In this document: positions 17,603 through 27,829 of the stretch, one piece after another | Layout of the letters: each line of letters opens with the position of its first letter | Position numbering within the stretch: the stretch's first letter is position 1 | Assembly (NCBI GenBank): GCA_043821365.1 | Contig: JBDRCX010000006.1 | Span: forward strand, 711,417 to 775,416 | Direction: 5' to 3' | Origin: Candidatus Micrarchaeota archaeon | Lineage (GTDB): Archaea; Micrarchaeota; Micrarchaeia; Anstonellales; Bilamarchaeaceae | DNA: 64,000 bases | Program-made: the position numbers and the translations under genes | Notes under the pieces: generated by a model | The model's database searches: none | Seen by the model: the letters and a program-made list of their open reading frames with translations, nothing else | Told to the model about the DNA's origin: nothing

Positions 17603-18673
17603 ATGAAGAAATCTGATATTATCAAAATAGTAGTCATATTAATCGTAATTGGTTTTCTGACCGAACCATTATGGTTCGGTGGTGGGTTGCAGAATCTTTT
17701 CCAATCTCCCATACAGGCAGCTACCAATGTAACTGGTACTGCAATTTTTAATGGAACCATACGAACATACGATCCCCTCTTATTCATACAAGGATCTGTT
17801 CCTCAGGCTGTTGTAGATAAGCTAAATCTTCGTACAGATGTTACTAGTATGGAACAAACAACAGAAGGAATGCTTATCACAGTTGATAGTAGGGATAGTG
17901 TATATCCATTGGCGGTTTTCTTAAGAACCCTTAACGTTACTTCATACTCAAGGGCAAATATTGTTGTTGATCAAAATATAGAAGTACAAACACTTACAGG
18001 TACAGTAAAAACATTTCTTCCAAATGGGGTAATCCAAGTTATTTGTGAGCCATTGGTTGATGCAGATAATGAGGTTCCTGTTGTTATGACTGCAGTTTTG
18101 CGCAATGACCAAATTGTTGGGTATCAATCTACTAACATTCTAGTGAACAAATCAAATCTGACACTTGATGCTGAAATTTATTCTCTAAACCAAACAACAT
18201 ACTCATATACAATACCTTGGGAAAGCAGAAATTCTATTGGAAATTTATCTGATTATGGTCTTGCAACATATAAAAAAGTCGATTCAATTCTGTTTACTCA
18301 ACCACTCACAACTGATCAAATATTAACAAAGAAATTCTATTCATCTGTTATTTATATCGATTCCAACACTGCCCAAATGGAATCACTATTTGATGATATT
18401 GACCAATTGGAACAAATATTCTATGATGTTGATTACATATTACCATCATCTACACTCACTATAATATCTGAAGATGAACCTGATCTTGAATATAACCACA
18501 CTTCAACATACAGCTACGTTATTCTTGTCAATTCAAGTTCTTTAACAGAAAATTATTTTTTAGTTAATTCAACTAATTACTACCAGATCGGTGATACATT
18601 AAAAATAGAAATAGAAACACTATCATTGGGGGATAAAGTTATTGAGATTAAACGTGTCTCCCTCCCATCCTAA
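17603..18673 (+). CDS. N-terminally anchored extracellular protein, sequon-rich
   Basis: TM segment IIKIVVILIVIGFL, then about 10 N-x-S/T sequons. No recognised domain. Confidence 0.6.
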   Translation: MKKSDIIKIVVILIVIGFLTEPLWFGGGLQNLFQSPIQAATNVTGTAIFNGTIRTYDPLLFIQGSVPQAVVDKLNLRTDVTSMEQTTEGMLITVDSRDSVYPLAVFLRTLNVTSYSRANIVVDQNIEVQTLTGTVKTFLPNGVIQVICEPLVDADNEVPVVMTAVLRNDQIVGYQSTNILVNKSNLTLDAEIYSLNQTTYSYTIPWESRNSIGNLSDYGLATYKKVDSILFTQPLTTDQILTKKFYSSVIYIDSNTAQMESLFDDIDQLEQIFYDVDYILPSSTLTIISEDEPDLEYNHTSTYSYVILVNSSSLTENYFLVNSTNYYQIGDTLKIEIETLSLGDKVIEIKRVSLPS

Positions 18674-19178
18674 CTATTTTTTTAAGTCGTTGTTCTGCTT
18701 CAATTAATTCAAGGTATTTAATTACCTGCTTTGGCAGATGCTTTCTCCATTCACTATTTCCTTCACCCATCAGTTTCCTTATGTTGGTGCCTTCTTTTGG
18801 CCCACGGTCATAATAAGCCACTGGATTTACTAATATCCCATGCTTTGAGAAAAGCATCTTAACTAGTGCATTGTTTGAATAAACAGACTCAATGTCAATA
18901 GGGGGAATATGCATGTATATATGGTCCACCCATATTCTATTGTCATTTACATCTGGTACTGGTACTATTACTAATTTGGTAAGTTCGCTTTTATTAAAAC
19001 AAAGACGTATCATCTCAATTCTTTCACCACATGTGAATGGATTCTCAGTGGTGAATCCGTCTTCGGAACTCCCAATAACAATAACTACTTCTTTGTATTT
19101 TCTGAGTAATTTTTTAATAGCATGATAGTGCCCATGGTGAAATGGTTGGAACCTTCCAATAAATAAAGCTCGCTTCAT
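18648..19178 (-). CDS. nadM: Nicotinamide-nucleotide adenylyltransferase (archaeal NMNAT)
   Basis: ALFIGRFQPFHHGHYHAIKKLL (the H-x-G-H nucleotidyltransferase motif). The ATG at 19178 has AGGTGG 6 nt upstream. Confidence 0.85.
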   Translation of the reverse strand: MKRALFIGRFQPFHHGHYHAIKKLLRKYKEVVIVIGSSEDGFTTENPFTCGERIEMIRLCFNKSELTKLVIVPVPDVNDNRIWVDHIYMHIPPIDIESVYSNNALVKMLFSKHGILVNPVAYYDRGPKEGTNIRKLMGEGNSEWRKHLPKQVIKYLELIEAEQRLKKIVRMGGRHV

Positions 19179-19190
19179 CAAATACCACCT

Positions 19191-22100
19191 TTATGTTTCT
19201 TTCATTACCTGCTTAAGTTTTATACCTACTAGTTTTGATACTCCGTCTACTTTTGTGACACCAATCACAGAGTCTGCGTTGGCCATTACGGTATCGTTGT
19301 GGCTTACCATAATGAATTGACTGTCCTTGCTCATACCATTTACAAGGTCAGCCAGGTTTTTACTGTTGGATTTGTCAAGTGCAGCATCAACCTCATCAAG
19401 TATGTAGAATGGTGCTGGTTTGAACATCTGTAAAGCAAAAACAAACATCATTGCAACCAGTGTTTTTTCACCACCAGACAAAGCATCTAATGAGTGTTCC
19501 TGGTTATTTCTTCTTAATTTTATAAACAACCCACTTTCAAACGGCTCTGAAGGATTGCTTAGGTAGAGATGTCCGTGCCCAACATTTATATATTTGAACA
19601 TTTTGCCGAAATTATCACTCACTGCATTGAATGTCTCGAAAAATGCCTCTTTTTTGTGTTCTTCTATCTCTCCTATCATCAACAGGATTGCCTCTCGTTC
19701 TCGGTCTAATCTTTCTATTTTCTCTTCTACATCCATAATTTCTGCTTTTTTCTTATCATACATTTCTACTGCTGCCATATTGACATTTCCAATGGTGGCA
19801 AGAATCTCTTCTGCGTCTTTCATCATTTTTGTTAATTCTTCTTTCGCTAGCTCTAAATGTTCTATATTAGTATAAGCTGCATATTCTATCTTTATATCTT
19901 CCAATCTTGTTTGTGCTGTTGCTGTTTTCACATTTATTTGGTTCATATCTTTTATTGCCTTGTCCAATTCAATTCTAATGTGGCCTCGTTTCTTCCCAAT
20001 TTCTTGAATTTCATCTTCGTATGATTTCATTTGTTCAAAAAGCTTTTCGATTGCCTTACTAACTGATTTCATATTTTCTTCTGTTTGTGCAAGTTCTTTT
20101 TCTTCTTCTATAATTTGCTTTTTCACTTCTTTTATCCTTTCAAAAGCTTCTTTTTCTTCATTACCTAATTTCTTCAGTCTTTCAAGTTTTGATGAATGTT
20201 CTTTCTTTCTAATGTCAACTTCGCTTAATTTCCCTTCAATGGTAGCTTTCAATGATGATACGGCTGCGCTCATGTCTGCTCTTTTCTTACTGCTTTCTTC
20301 AGAACTTCTCTTGAATTCATTTTCTGCAGCTTTAAGTCTTTCTTTTATGCCAGCTATTTTCCCTCCTGCTTCGGCAACTTTCTTAGCAAGATGTTCTCTT
20401 ACGCCTGTTCTTTCTTTTACTGAAGTTTCTAATTTTTCTATTTCATCTTTTATCTGTTCTTTTCTCTTTAACAAGTGTTCAATTTCTTTTCTTCTTTCCT
20501 GCTCCATCTTGTCCTTTACTTCAGCTGTTTTGATTGTAATCTCTAATTTGGCTTTTTCTGCTCTCATTTTTGATTCTTCTTCCCGTATGGAATAAAGTTC
20601 TTGTAATAATGAATCCTTTGTGCTCTTTACATCATTGAATTCGTTTTCAATTTTCTTAAGCTGGTTGTTAGCAAACAATCCAGATTGGGATCTTCCACCA
20701 CTTATGATGCCGGATCTTTCAAATATCTCTCCATCAATTGTTACCATTCTTGCAGTTCCAATACCAAGTTTTTTTGCATCATTTGCCGTATCAATTAAAA
20801 GTGTATCTGCAAACACATACTCCATTGCTCTCCGTAAATTTGATTTACAATTTATTACCTCAAGAATCGATGAAAATTTACCTAATTTTACTTGTGATGG
20901 TGTTCGTATCGAATCAAGAGGTATGAAAGTCACTCTTCCTACTTTTGCTTTTTTCAATTTATCTATTGCTTCTGTTGCAGTGTCAATACCATCAACAATA
21001 ACATAAAGTAAACGTGATCCTCCAGATGCCTCAACAGCACTACTGTATTCCGGATCAAATGTTATAAGGTCCATTACAGTTCCATAAATTCCATCATTCA
21101 CCCTTTTTAGTTCATTGACAAAACTCAATGCAGGGTTTGCCAATTGGGGTGAACTTCTAACTCTGAATATTGAAAGTTTTTCTTTAAGTTCAAGCATCTG
21201 CTTGTCAAGTTCATTCATTTGAGCGTTGATGTCCTTGGTTTTATTGAATGATCTGTCAATTTCTTTTGTTATCTTCTCGATTTCCCTTCTAAGGTGATTA
21301 ATATCTTCTTTTTCTTCTGTTTCTCCATCTTCACCCGGTAGTGTATTCTCATGTTCTGCTTTTTTTGCTTCTATAAGCTGTCGTTTTGCTTCTAATTCAG
21401 TATTTAATGATGAAAGTTTCTCTTTAAGAGATAAAAGTTCGGATTCATGAGTGTCTAAGGTTTTTCTCAGTTCATCTATCTCATCATCATCTCCCCCACC
21501 GCCATATTTCATCAAGTCTTCTTCTGCTTTTTTTAGTTGGTGTTTGAGTGTACCGAGTTCCTTTTCAAGAGCTGCTAAAATTTCCTTTTCTTTTATTGTT
21601 TCTTTTTCTGTTTCTTCTATCTCTTTTTTTGTTTCTCTCACAAATGCTTCTTTATCATCAACTAGTTGTTTCTTTGATCCACCTGATGCTCGTAGTTCTT
21701 CGAGCCTTCTTATCATTGCGTTGGTCTTTTGCTTGGATTGGAGTTCCCCACTGGTTTTTGCTCTTTTAGCATCAATTTCTCCTATTGTTGCTTCGACTTC
21801 TTCTATTTCTTGTTCTTTAGTTTTTCTTATCTGGTTTAATTTTTCTTCTTGTTTTGTTATATTTGTCAATTCTTTTTCCAATTTCTGCATCTCATTTTTG
21901 AGCAATGTACCTTTTGCATTTGTAAGATTCTTCTTTGCACCAGAATATCTTATTGCCGTTTCTTTTTCTCTTTCTAATTCGTCAAGAAATGCTTTTCTTT
22001 CGCCGAGTACTAGTTTGGCTTCTTTTATTCTTGTTTCTACCATTCCAAGTTCATTGAGTGCTTCTTTTTTCTTTTCTTCAAAATCAGCAATACCAGCAAC

Positions 22101-22556
22101 ACTATCGATAATCTGTCTTCGTTCCTTACCGTTCATATTTATAATTCGTTGAACTTCTCCCTGTGCAATTGTGTTACGACCACTGCTGTCTAAGTTGTAT
22201 TTTTTTAATGCTTCAACAACACTTCCACGTGTTGTTCTTTTATCATTCAACATGTATTTTATTTTTCCATCTTCTCTTATGGCACGTTTTATTTCGTAAC
22301 CTTTACCATCATTTTCATTTTGTAAAACTAGTGAAACTTCTGCTGTTCTTGATCCTGCATATATCAAATCGGTGACTTTTTTTGCACGAAGTGATTTTAG
22401 GCTAATTTCTCCCATCACAAAACGAATTGCATCGCATAGATTACTTTTCCCAGAACCATTGGGTCCGGCAAAACAAACGAATGTATCTGGAAGTTCAACA
22501 TTAGCTGCTTTGAATGATTTGAAATTTTTTAATTTGAGACGGGAGATAAAAACCAT
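19191..22556 (-). CDS. smc: Chromosome segregation protein SMC
   Basis: N-terminal Walker A FAGPNGSGKSN, long coiled coils, a hinge region, and C-terminal LSGGEKT ... FYILDEVDAALD. Confidence 0.95.
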   Translation of the reverse strand: MVFISRLKLKNFKSFKAANVELPDTFVCFAGPNGSGKSNLCDAIRFVMGEISLKSLRAKKVTDLIYAGSRTAEVSLVLQNENDGKGYEIKRAIREDGKIKYMLNDKRTTRGSVVEALKKYNLDSSGRNTIAQGEVQRIINMNGKERRQIIDSVAGIADFEEKKKEALNELGMVETRIKEAKLVLGERKAFLDELEREKETAIRYSGAKKNLTNAKGTLLKNEMQKLEKELTNITKQEEKLNQIRKTKEQEIEEVEATIGEIDAKRAKTSGELQSKQKTNAMIRRLEELRASGGSKKQLVDDKEAFVRETKKEIEETEKETIKEKEILAALEKELGTLKHQLKKAEEDLMKYGGGGDDDEIDELRKTLDTHESELLSLKEKLSSLNTELEAKRQLIEAKKAEHENTLPGEDGETEEKEDINHLRREIEKITKEIDRSFNKTKDINAQMNELDKQMLELKEKLSIFRVRSSPQLANPALSFVNELKRVNDGIYGTVMDLITFDPEYSSAVEASGGSRLLYVIVDGIDTATEAIDKLKKAKVGRVTFIPLDSIRTPSQVKLGKFSSILEVINCKSNLRRAMEYVFADTLLIDTANDAKKLGIGTARMVTIDGEIFERSGIISGGRSQSGLFANNQLKKIENEFNDVKSTKDSLLQELYSIREEESKMRAEKAKLEITIKTAEVKDKMEQERRKEIEHLLKRKEQIKDEIEKLETSVKERTGVREHLAKKVAEAGGKIAGIKERLKAAENEFKRSSEESSKKRADMSAAVSSLKATIEGKLSEVDIRKKEHSSKLERLKKLGNEEKEAFERIKEVKKQIIEEEKELAQTEENMKSVSKAIEKLFEQMKSYEDEIQEIGKKRGHIRIELDKAIKDMNQINVKTATAQTRLEDIKIEYAAYTNIEHLELAKEELTKMMKDAEEILATIGNVNMAAVEMYDKKKAEIMDVEEKIERLDREREAILLMIGEIEEHKKEAFFETFNAVSDNFGKMFKYINVGHGHLYLSNPSEPFESGLFIKLRRNNQEHSLDALSGGEKTLVAMMFVFALQMFKPAPFYILDEVDAALDKSNSKNLADLVNGMSKDSQFIMVSHNDTVMANADSVIGVTKVDGVSKLVGIKLKQVMKET

Positions 22557-22639
22557 GATTTATCGAATGCTAATCTCAGATTAGATTAAAAAGCATTTCT
22601 GCAGTTTCTTGAAAAATAGGCATACACTAACTTCATTCA

Positions 22640-22754
22640 TGGACACGGAGGGATTTGAACCCCCAGCCTTCCACAGTTTGGCAAACTAGTTTTGATCAAA
22701 CTTTTACTAAAAGTTTGGCGCCAAGCGGATGCTCTACCGTTGAGCTACGTGCCC
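22640..22754 (-). tRNA. tRNA-Ala(GGC) with a 43-nt canonical-position intron
   Basis: Minus-strand read: GGGCACG TA GCTC AACGGTA GAGC A TCCGC TTGGCG [intron] GTGGA AGGCT GGGGG TTCAAAT CCCTC CGTGTCC A. The G3:U70 alanine identity pair is present. The intron contains the hairpin CAAACTTTTAGTAAAAGTTTG and is bounded by a CCAAAC direct repeat. Confidence 0.85.
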
Positions 22755-22794
22755 GTGCAACTTTTTAGTAAAAAGTTGCTCAAAAATAGTCAAT

Positions 22795-23019
22795 TTAAGA
22801 TGGCGATATAAAAGTTACTGAGTCACCGCGCAACAAAACTGTGCCGACTCCTCTTTTGACTTCACCATTGACCATCTGTTCTGCTTTTTCAAGAACAATG
22901 TTCATGTGTACATCGTATGCTACCATCACGCCTCGGAATTCATTTCCTCCTTTCATACCGATTATGACGGTGTTGTTCAATGAGCTATTCAATACATCAA
23001 ATGGTCTTCTTTCTGGCAT
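22795..23019 (-). CDS. Sm-like archaeal protein (SmAP/LSm)
   Basis: PFDVLNSSLNNTVIIGMKGGNEFRGVMVAYDVHMNIVLE ... LLRGDSVTFISP (Sm1/Sm2 motifs). The ATG at 23019 has GAGGTGA 7 nt upstream. The ORF track start at 23079 is probably too long. Confidence 0.85.
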   Translation of the reverse strand: MPERRPFDVLNSSLNNTVIIGMKGGNEFRGVMVAYDVHMNIVLEKAEQMVNGEVKRGVGTVLLRGDSVTFISPS

Positions 23020-23075
23020 AAAAAATTCACCTCTAAAAATAAACTCTTTTAATCTATCATCATAGGTTTTAAAAG

Positions 23076-23549
23076 TCATTCGTTATTTACAATTGTTTCT
23101 ATTTTTCCTGGTCCTTTGAATATAATTATTCTATCTGCAGTGTTTCTAAGTGCGGCACTGAATGCAACATCAGTTGCAATGATCATAGTTCTTTTGCCCT
23201 TTGCCTTTGCCTTTCTTAAGACGGGTAAATAATCAGTATCTCTGGTCATGAGTGCAATTGTGTCTATATCTTTGTCAATAACATACTCCATTGCTTCAAT
23301 GGCCATAGTAACATCAACATCGCCAGTGGTTATCTCAGTTTGAAAACCTTGATTTACCATAGCCTCAATCAGCTTGTCAGATGCAAACTGATCAAGATAT
23401 ATTTTTGCAACACGGATATTACCAAAACGTGAAATCTCTTTTCTAAGTTCATGGAGATCCACATTGAATGCTTTCCTTAAAATATTTGGACCGTCAACCA
23501 AAAGTGCAATATCTGGTCGTTCCTTTTTTCTTTTTAAAAAATCAAACAT
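23076..23549 (-). CDS. NYN/LabA-like domain protein (predicted RNase)
   Basis: IALLVDGPNI ... IALMTRDTDYLPVLRKAKAKGKR is the LabA/NYN pattern. Confidence 0.8.
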   Translation of the reverse strand: MFDFLKRKKERPDIALLVDGPNILRKAFNVDLHELRKEISRFGNIRVAKIYLDQFASDKLIEAMVNQGFQTEITTGDVDVTMAIEAMEYVIDKDIDTIALMTRDTDYLPVLRKAKAKGKRTMIIATDVAFSAALRNTADRIIIFKGPGKIETIVNNE

Positions 23550-23605
23550 TTAATCTACTCCAGGTGGCAATCGTGTTCGTCGCAACGAACGCGATACATA
23601 TGGAA

Positions 23606-24340
23606 CTATTGTTCCATACTGAAATTAAAAAATTTCATCGCATTTTCGCTAGTTGCATTCGCAACTTTAACAGTTTCTATATTCTTTACTTCTGCAATAT
23701 ACGCAATAGCTTCGCGTATAACTTCCGGTGTTCTACCAACATATGGCGAATCACTTTCCACCAAAAGTCTATTCAGTGGTACAATATTAATAACCTTTCT
23801 ACGCTCCTTCGACCTAAGGTGGGTTATTGATATATACCCACCACTATCTACAATTTTTTTTGCCTGTTCTTCAGAACCACAATAAAAGTGCATTAGTACT
23901 CTCATCTCAGTTGTCATGCTAATGATGTCATCAACAGCATTTTTTGGAAGGTTATTTTCATTAGGATTATTTCTCGAATGTATTACAAGAGGAAGATCAA
24001 ATTCCTTCGCAAGGTCAATCATCTTTTGAAACACGATTTTTTCATTTTCAACGTGTTCGTTTGTTTGTGCCCACTTATAGTCTAAACCAACTTCACCGAT
24101 TGCATTTGGTTTGTTATTTCTAATAAATTCCACCCACTCGTCTACTTTTGTTATTCCCTCCTTTACAGTACTCTGCGGTGCAATCCCCAATATGAAAGGA
24201 TAATTATGCTCCTTTGCAAAATCAACTACTTTTTTGTTTGCGCCATGCGAGTATCCTGCAACTACTGGGTAAATATCTGGAGGCAGAACATAGTCTTTTT
24301 TCATTTCAAAAAGATGGGTATGTGAGTCCACAAGTTTCAT
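23606..24340 (-). CDS. tatD: TatD-family metal-dependent hydrolase/DNase
   Basis: MKLVDSHTHL ... GEVGLDY ... VIHSR ... ESDSPY. Confidence 0.85.
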   Translation of the reverse strand: MKLVDSHTHLFEMKKDYVLPPDIYPVVAGYSHGANKKVVDFAKEHNYPFILGIAPQSTVKEGITKVDEWVEFIRNNKPNAIGEVGLDYKWAQTNEHVENEKIVFQKMIDLAKEFDLPLVIHSRNNPNENNLPKNAVDDIISMTTEMRVLMHFYCGSEEQAKKIVDSGGYISITHLRSKERRKVINIVPLNRLLVESDSPYVGRTPEVIREAIAYIAEVKNIETVKVANATSENAMKFFNFSMEQ

Positions 24341-24511
24341 GTTTTTTGGTTAATCGTTTCATGTTATAAATGCTTTGTGGTTTATCTCTGGTACTTTCAC
24401 CAGGTGGGGGTGAGGGGAAAGTTTAGTTTAAAAACCCTAATGTCTTATAAGTATACCTCTGTCCGAATTATCAGATGTAAATTGAAATCGGAATTCCAAT
24501 AAGGTGTATTA

Positions 24512-24904
24512 ATGGTTGACAAAATTTTTGCTATTGCAAAGGAATTAAGAGTAGGCAAGTATGTCATGATTGATGACATACCCTGCAAGGTTGTTGAGAT
24601 TGAAAGTTCAAAACCAGGTAAGCATGGTTCAGCTAAGATGAGGATTACAGGAATTGGTGTTTTCGGAGGACAGAAAAAGACACTCCTAAGTCCTGGTGAT
24701 GCTGATGTTGTAATCCCAATAATCGAAAGAAAAAATGTTCAAATAATGTCAGTAAGCGGAAATAATGCTCAGGTTATGGATCAACAATCATATGAAGTTT
24801 ATGATCTTGAGATTCCAGAAGAACTTCTTAGTCAAATAGCACCTGGGAAAGAGGCTGAAATTTTAGAAACAATGGGTAGGAAAATGATGGAGAGGATAAA
24901 ATGA
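24512..24904 (+). CDS. eif5a: Translation initiation factor aIF5A
   Basis: SKPGKHGSAKMRI contains the hypusine-site motif (KPGKHG). AAGGTG SD upstream. Confidence 0.9.
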   Translation: MVDKIFAIAKELRVGKYVMIDDIPCKVVEIESSKPGKHGSAKMRITGIGVFGGQKKTLLSPGDADVVIPIIERKNVQIMSVSGNNAQVMDQQSYEVYDLEIPEELLSQIAPGKEAEILETMGRKMMERIK

Positions 24905-25224
24905 ATGTTAATATCGTTTCGAACACTGATAATAAATTATTAGACAGGAAAGAAGTGAAAGCAGAAATAAGCTTTACTGGTTCTACACCAAATCGGACAC
25001 AGCTCAAAGAGGCAGTTGGACAAAAAATAGGTGCCAACCCAGAACTAATTGCTTTGAGGCAAGTTACAAGTAATTTCGGTAGGCACTCTGTGAAAGTTAC
25101 TGCCTATGCATATTCATCAAAAGAGAGTTTAATGGGAGTCGAACCAGTTCACATAAAAGTAAGGGAAGGACTCATACAAAAACCAGAAAAAAAGAAAAAA
25201 ACATCTGGTTCAGCTAAGAAGTGA
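24901..25224 (+). CDS. rps24e: Ribosomal protein eS24
   Basis: NKLLDRKEVKAEISFTGSTPNR pattern. Conserved S24e-S27ae pairing. Confidence 0.9.
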   Translation: MNVNIVSNTDNKLLDRKEVKAEISFTGSTPNRTQLKEAVGQKIGANPELIALRQVTSNFGRHSVKVTAYAYSSKESLMGVEPVHIKVREGLIQKPEKKKKTSGSAKK

Positions 25225-25228
25225 TTAA

Positions 25229-25393
25229 ATGGCTGACGATAAGAAAAAACCTGCACCAGCAGCAAAAAAGAAAGAAAAACCAAAGGCCTACAAACCATCA
25301 AAATCATGTCCAAAATGTGGGGCAGGAGTAAGATTGGCAGAACACAAAGATAGGCGTTCTTGCGGTAAGTGTGGCTACTTTGAGAAAAAATGA
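25229..25393 (+). CDS. rps27ae: Ribosomal protein eS31 (S27ae), 54 aa
   Basis: Manual translation: [54 protein letters not shown], a C4 zinc ribbon. The ORF is below the 60-aa track cutoff. Its stop overlaps the next start (ATGA). Confidence 0.85.
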   Translation: MADDKKKPAPAAKKKEKPKAYKPSKSCPKCGAGVRLAEHKDRRSCGKCGYFEKK

Positions 25394-26055
25394 AACAATT
25401 TTTTCTTTTTCTTGCACTTTTTTCAATTATTCTACTTTTATTCGTTTTAATTTCTAATTCACTTGATTTATTTCCTTCATTAGTTCAACATTATTCTCTT
25501 CTTGGTTCATTGGCAATTCAAATGTTCATCTTTTTTACGGCATTGTTCTTTCTTTGGAAGAAAGACCTCAGATCAACATTACATTCGATTGGTTTCCCAG
25601 GTTCGCCAATTAATACAGTAATCTTTACTATTGTTGGTCTGCTTTTGATGTTCTTACTATTGGTTGTTCTCGGTGTTTTGGCAACTTTTGGAGGGTTCAA
25701 TGATCAAGAAAAAATATCTGATAAGGTTGCTTCATTACCATTGGTTGTTCTTTTGTTCGCTGTTCTTCTAGCTCCAATAGGAGAGGAACTTTTTTTCCGT
25801 GCATTATTAGTTCCAAGATTCGATAACTTTTTTTTAAAACTAATTAAAATTCCCCATCTTGGTATTTTTTTCTCATCAGTTGTTTTTAGTATATCTCATT
25901 TTGCTTATGGTTCAATTGTTGAAATACTTGGCGTGTTTGTGATTGGCATTCTTTTGGCAGTTATTTTCAAGGCATCTAAAAGCATAACTCCCTGTATAGT
26001 TATTCATATGATTTATAATGGAATTTCAATATTAGCTATGAAGTTGTTGGAGTAG
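25390..26055 (+). CDS. CPBP (CAAX) family intramembrane glutamic protease
   Basis: [16 protein letters not shown] and HMIYN motifs in a polytopic membrane protein. Confidence 0.8.
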   Translation: MKQFFLFLALFSIILLLFVLISNSLDLFPSLVQHYSLLGSLAIQMFIFFTALFFLWKKDLRSTLHSIGFPGSPINTVIFTIVGLLLMFLLLVVLGVLATFGGFNDQEKISDKVASLPLVVLLFAVLLAPIGEELFFRALLVPRFDNFFLKLIKIPHLGIFFSSVVFSISHFAYGSIVEILGVFVIGILLAVIFKASKSITPCIVIHMIYNGISILAMKLLE

Positions 26056-26060
26056 GTATT

Positions 26061-27032
26061 ATGATAACACTTGGGATAGAAGCAACTGCACACACACTGT
26101 CAATAGGCATTGCCAAAAACAACAAAATTCTATCTAATATTATTGATACCTATTCTGGTGGTGGGGAAGGTCTAATCCCCAGAAAAATGGCAGATCATCA
26201 TTCAAATGTTTTCTCAGATGTTCTTTCAGGGAGTTTGTCTGCTGCTGATGTTTCTATTGAAGAGATAGATCTGATTGCTTTTTCTCAAGGGCCTGGAATT
26301 GGTGCTCCATTGTCAGTTGGTGTTTCAGCAGCAAAATATCTTGCAAGTAAATACAAAAAGAAAATTATCGGGGTTAATCATTGTTATGCCCATGTGAAAA
26401 TAAGCGAATTTTGTTGTAAAGTAAAAAATCCACTTATTCTTTACATTTCTGGTGGCAACAGTCAAATATTAGTTGAATCTGGTTCCTTTTATCATGTTCT
26501 TGGAGAAACATTGGACATTGGCATTGGAAATCTTTTTGACAGCTTTGCTAGAGCGATAAATATGAAACATGCACATGGTTCAGCACTTTCAAAACTTGCA
26601 GAAGGTGGGAAATATGTTGAATTGCCATATTCAGTAAAGGGTATGAATTTAGTTTTTTCAGGGCTACTCACTGCAGCAGAAAAAGCAGCAAAGACCAATG
26701 AACATAAAGATGTTGCATATTCATTGATGGAAACTGCATTTGCAATGACTTGTGAAGTTACTGAAAGAGCATTATTTTTAACTAAGAAAAAAAATCTTGT
26801 TGTTTGTGGTGGAGTTGCACAGAATAGAAGGCTTCAGCAGATGCTCAAGACAATGTGTGAAGAAGATGGAATCAAATTCGGTGTTGGACCAGATGAATAT
26901 AATCGTGATAATGGTGCTATGATTGCATATGCAGGATGGTTACAATACAAAAAATATGGGGATTTTTCAATAGAAAATTGTGTTCCTGTTACTAATTATC
27001 GTATAGATCGTATGGGGGAAATTCTAGGGTAA
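26061..27032 (+). CDS. kae1: tRNA N6-adenosine threonylcarbamoyltransferase Kae1 (not fused to Bud32)
   Basis: LGIEATAHTLSIGI ... GPGIGAPLSVG ... NHCYAHV ... CGGVAQN in an ASKHA fold. Confidence 0.9.
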   Translation: MITLGIEATAHTLSIGIAKNNKILSNIIDTYSGGGEGLIPRKMADHHSNVFSDVLSGSLSAADVSIEEIDLIAFSQGPGIGAPLSVGVSAAKYLASKYKKKIIGVNHCYAHVKISEFCCKVKNPLILYISGGNSQILVESGSFYHVLGETLDIGIGNLFDSFARAINMKHAHGSALSKLAEGGKYVELPYSVKGMNLVFSGLLTAAEKAAKTNEHKDVAYSLMETAFAMTCEVTERALFLTKKKNLVVCGGVAQNRRLQQMLKTMCEEDGIKFGVGPDEYNRDNGAMIAYAGWLQYKKYGDFSIENCVPVTNYRIDRMGEILG

Positions 27033-27053
27033 ATTTTAATTATTTAATGGATA

Positions 27054-27824
27054 ATGATATTCATGAAATTACTCAAACTTGGCGGTTCTTTAATCACAAA
27101 CAAATCAGGATGGAAAGAAGCAAATCCAGAGAACATAAATGCTCTTGCAAAGGCAGTTGCCTCTGCATGGAAAAAATCTCCACGGGATTGGATTATTGTT
27201 CATGGGGCAGGTTCTTTTGGTCATCCTTTGGTAGTTAAATATGGTATAAATAATGGAGTGAAAAACACTCAACAAAAACTCTCATTTGCATTAACCCACA
27301 ATGCATGTATGGAATTATCTGCTCTTGTTTGTTCAGCTTTAAATGCAGTAGGAATTCCGGCAGTTTCAATACCTCCAGCTATGATTATTACATCAAAAAA
27401 TAAGAGGATTCATTCTTTTGATATGAAAATTGTTGAAGATTATTTAGAATCCGGATTTGTCCCAGTTCTTTTTGGGGACATGGTTCCTGATTTGGACCTG
27501 GGTGGTTCTGTTTGTTCTGGTGATCAAATCATCTCATACCTAGGTAAATCAGCAGAGCAAATCATTCTTGCAACTGATGTTGATGGTGTTTTAGACGATA
27601 AAAACAATGTGATTACAGAAATTAATGAACAAAATTTTACTGAGATTTCAAAACATCTAAAAGATTCTGATAGAAAAGACGTTACTGGTGCGATGGCCGG
27701 TAAACTAAATGAACTATTACAATTGGATACTCCTTCGTACATTGTTAATGGACTAAAACCAGAAAGAATAGAATCTCTTATGTTAGGGAAACAAACAATC
27801 TCTACAAAAGTTTCTAAAAAATAG
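27054..27824 (+). CDS. Isopentenyl phosphate kinase
   Basis: Amino-acid-kinase fold: KLGGSLITNK ... VHGAGSFGH ... SGDQI ... TDVDGV. Confidence 0.85.
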   Translation: MIFMKLLKLGGSLITNKSGWKEANPENINALAKAVASAWKKSPRDWIIVHGAGSFGHPLVVKYGINNGVKNTQQKLSFALTHNACMELSALVCSALNAVGIPAVSIPPAMIITSKNKRIHSFDMKIVEDYLESGFVPVLFGDMVPDLDLGGSVCSGDQIISYLGKSAEQIILATDVDGVLDDKNNVITEINEQNFTEISKHLKDSDRKDVTGAMAGKLNELLQLDTPSYIVNGLKPERIESLMLGKQTISTKVSKK

Positions 27825-27829
27825 AATTT

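Noticed and set aside
19594-22584. Seven plus-strand ORFs of 62-233 aa antisense to smc
   Set aside because: They are Ser/Phe/Leu-rich mirror translations of the Lys/Glu-rich coiled coil. They have no SD or start context and lie entirely inside a well-supported gene.
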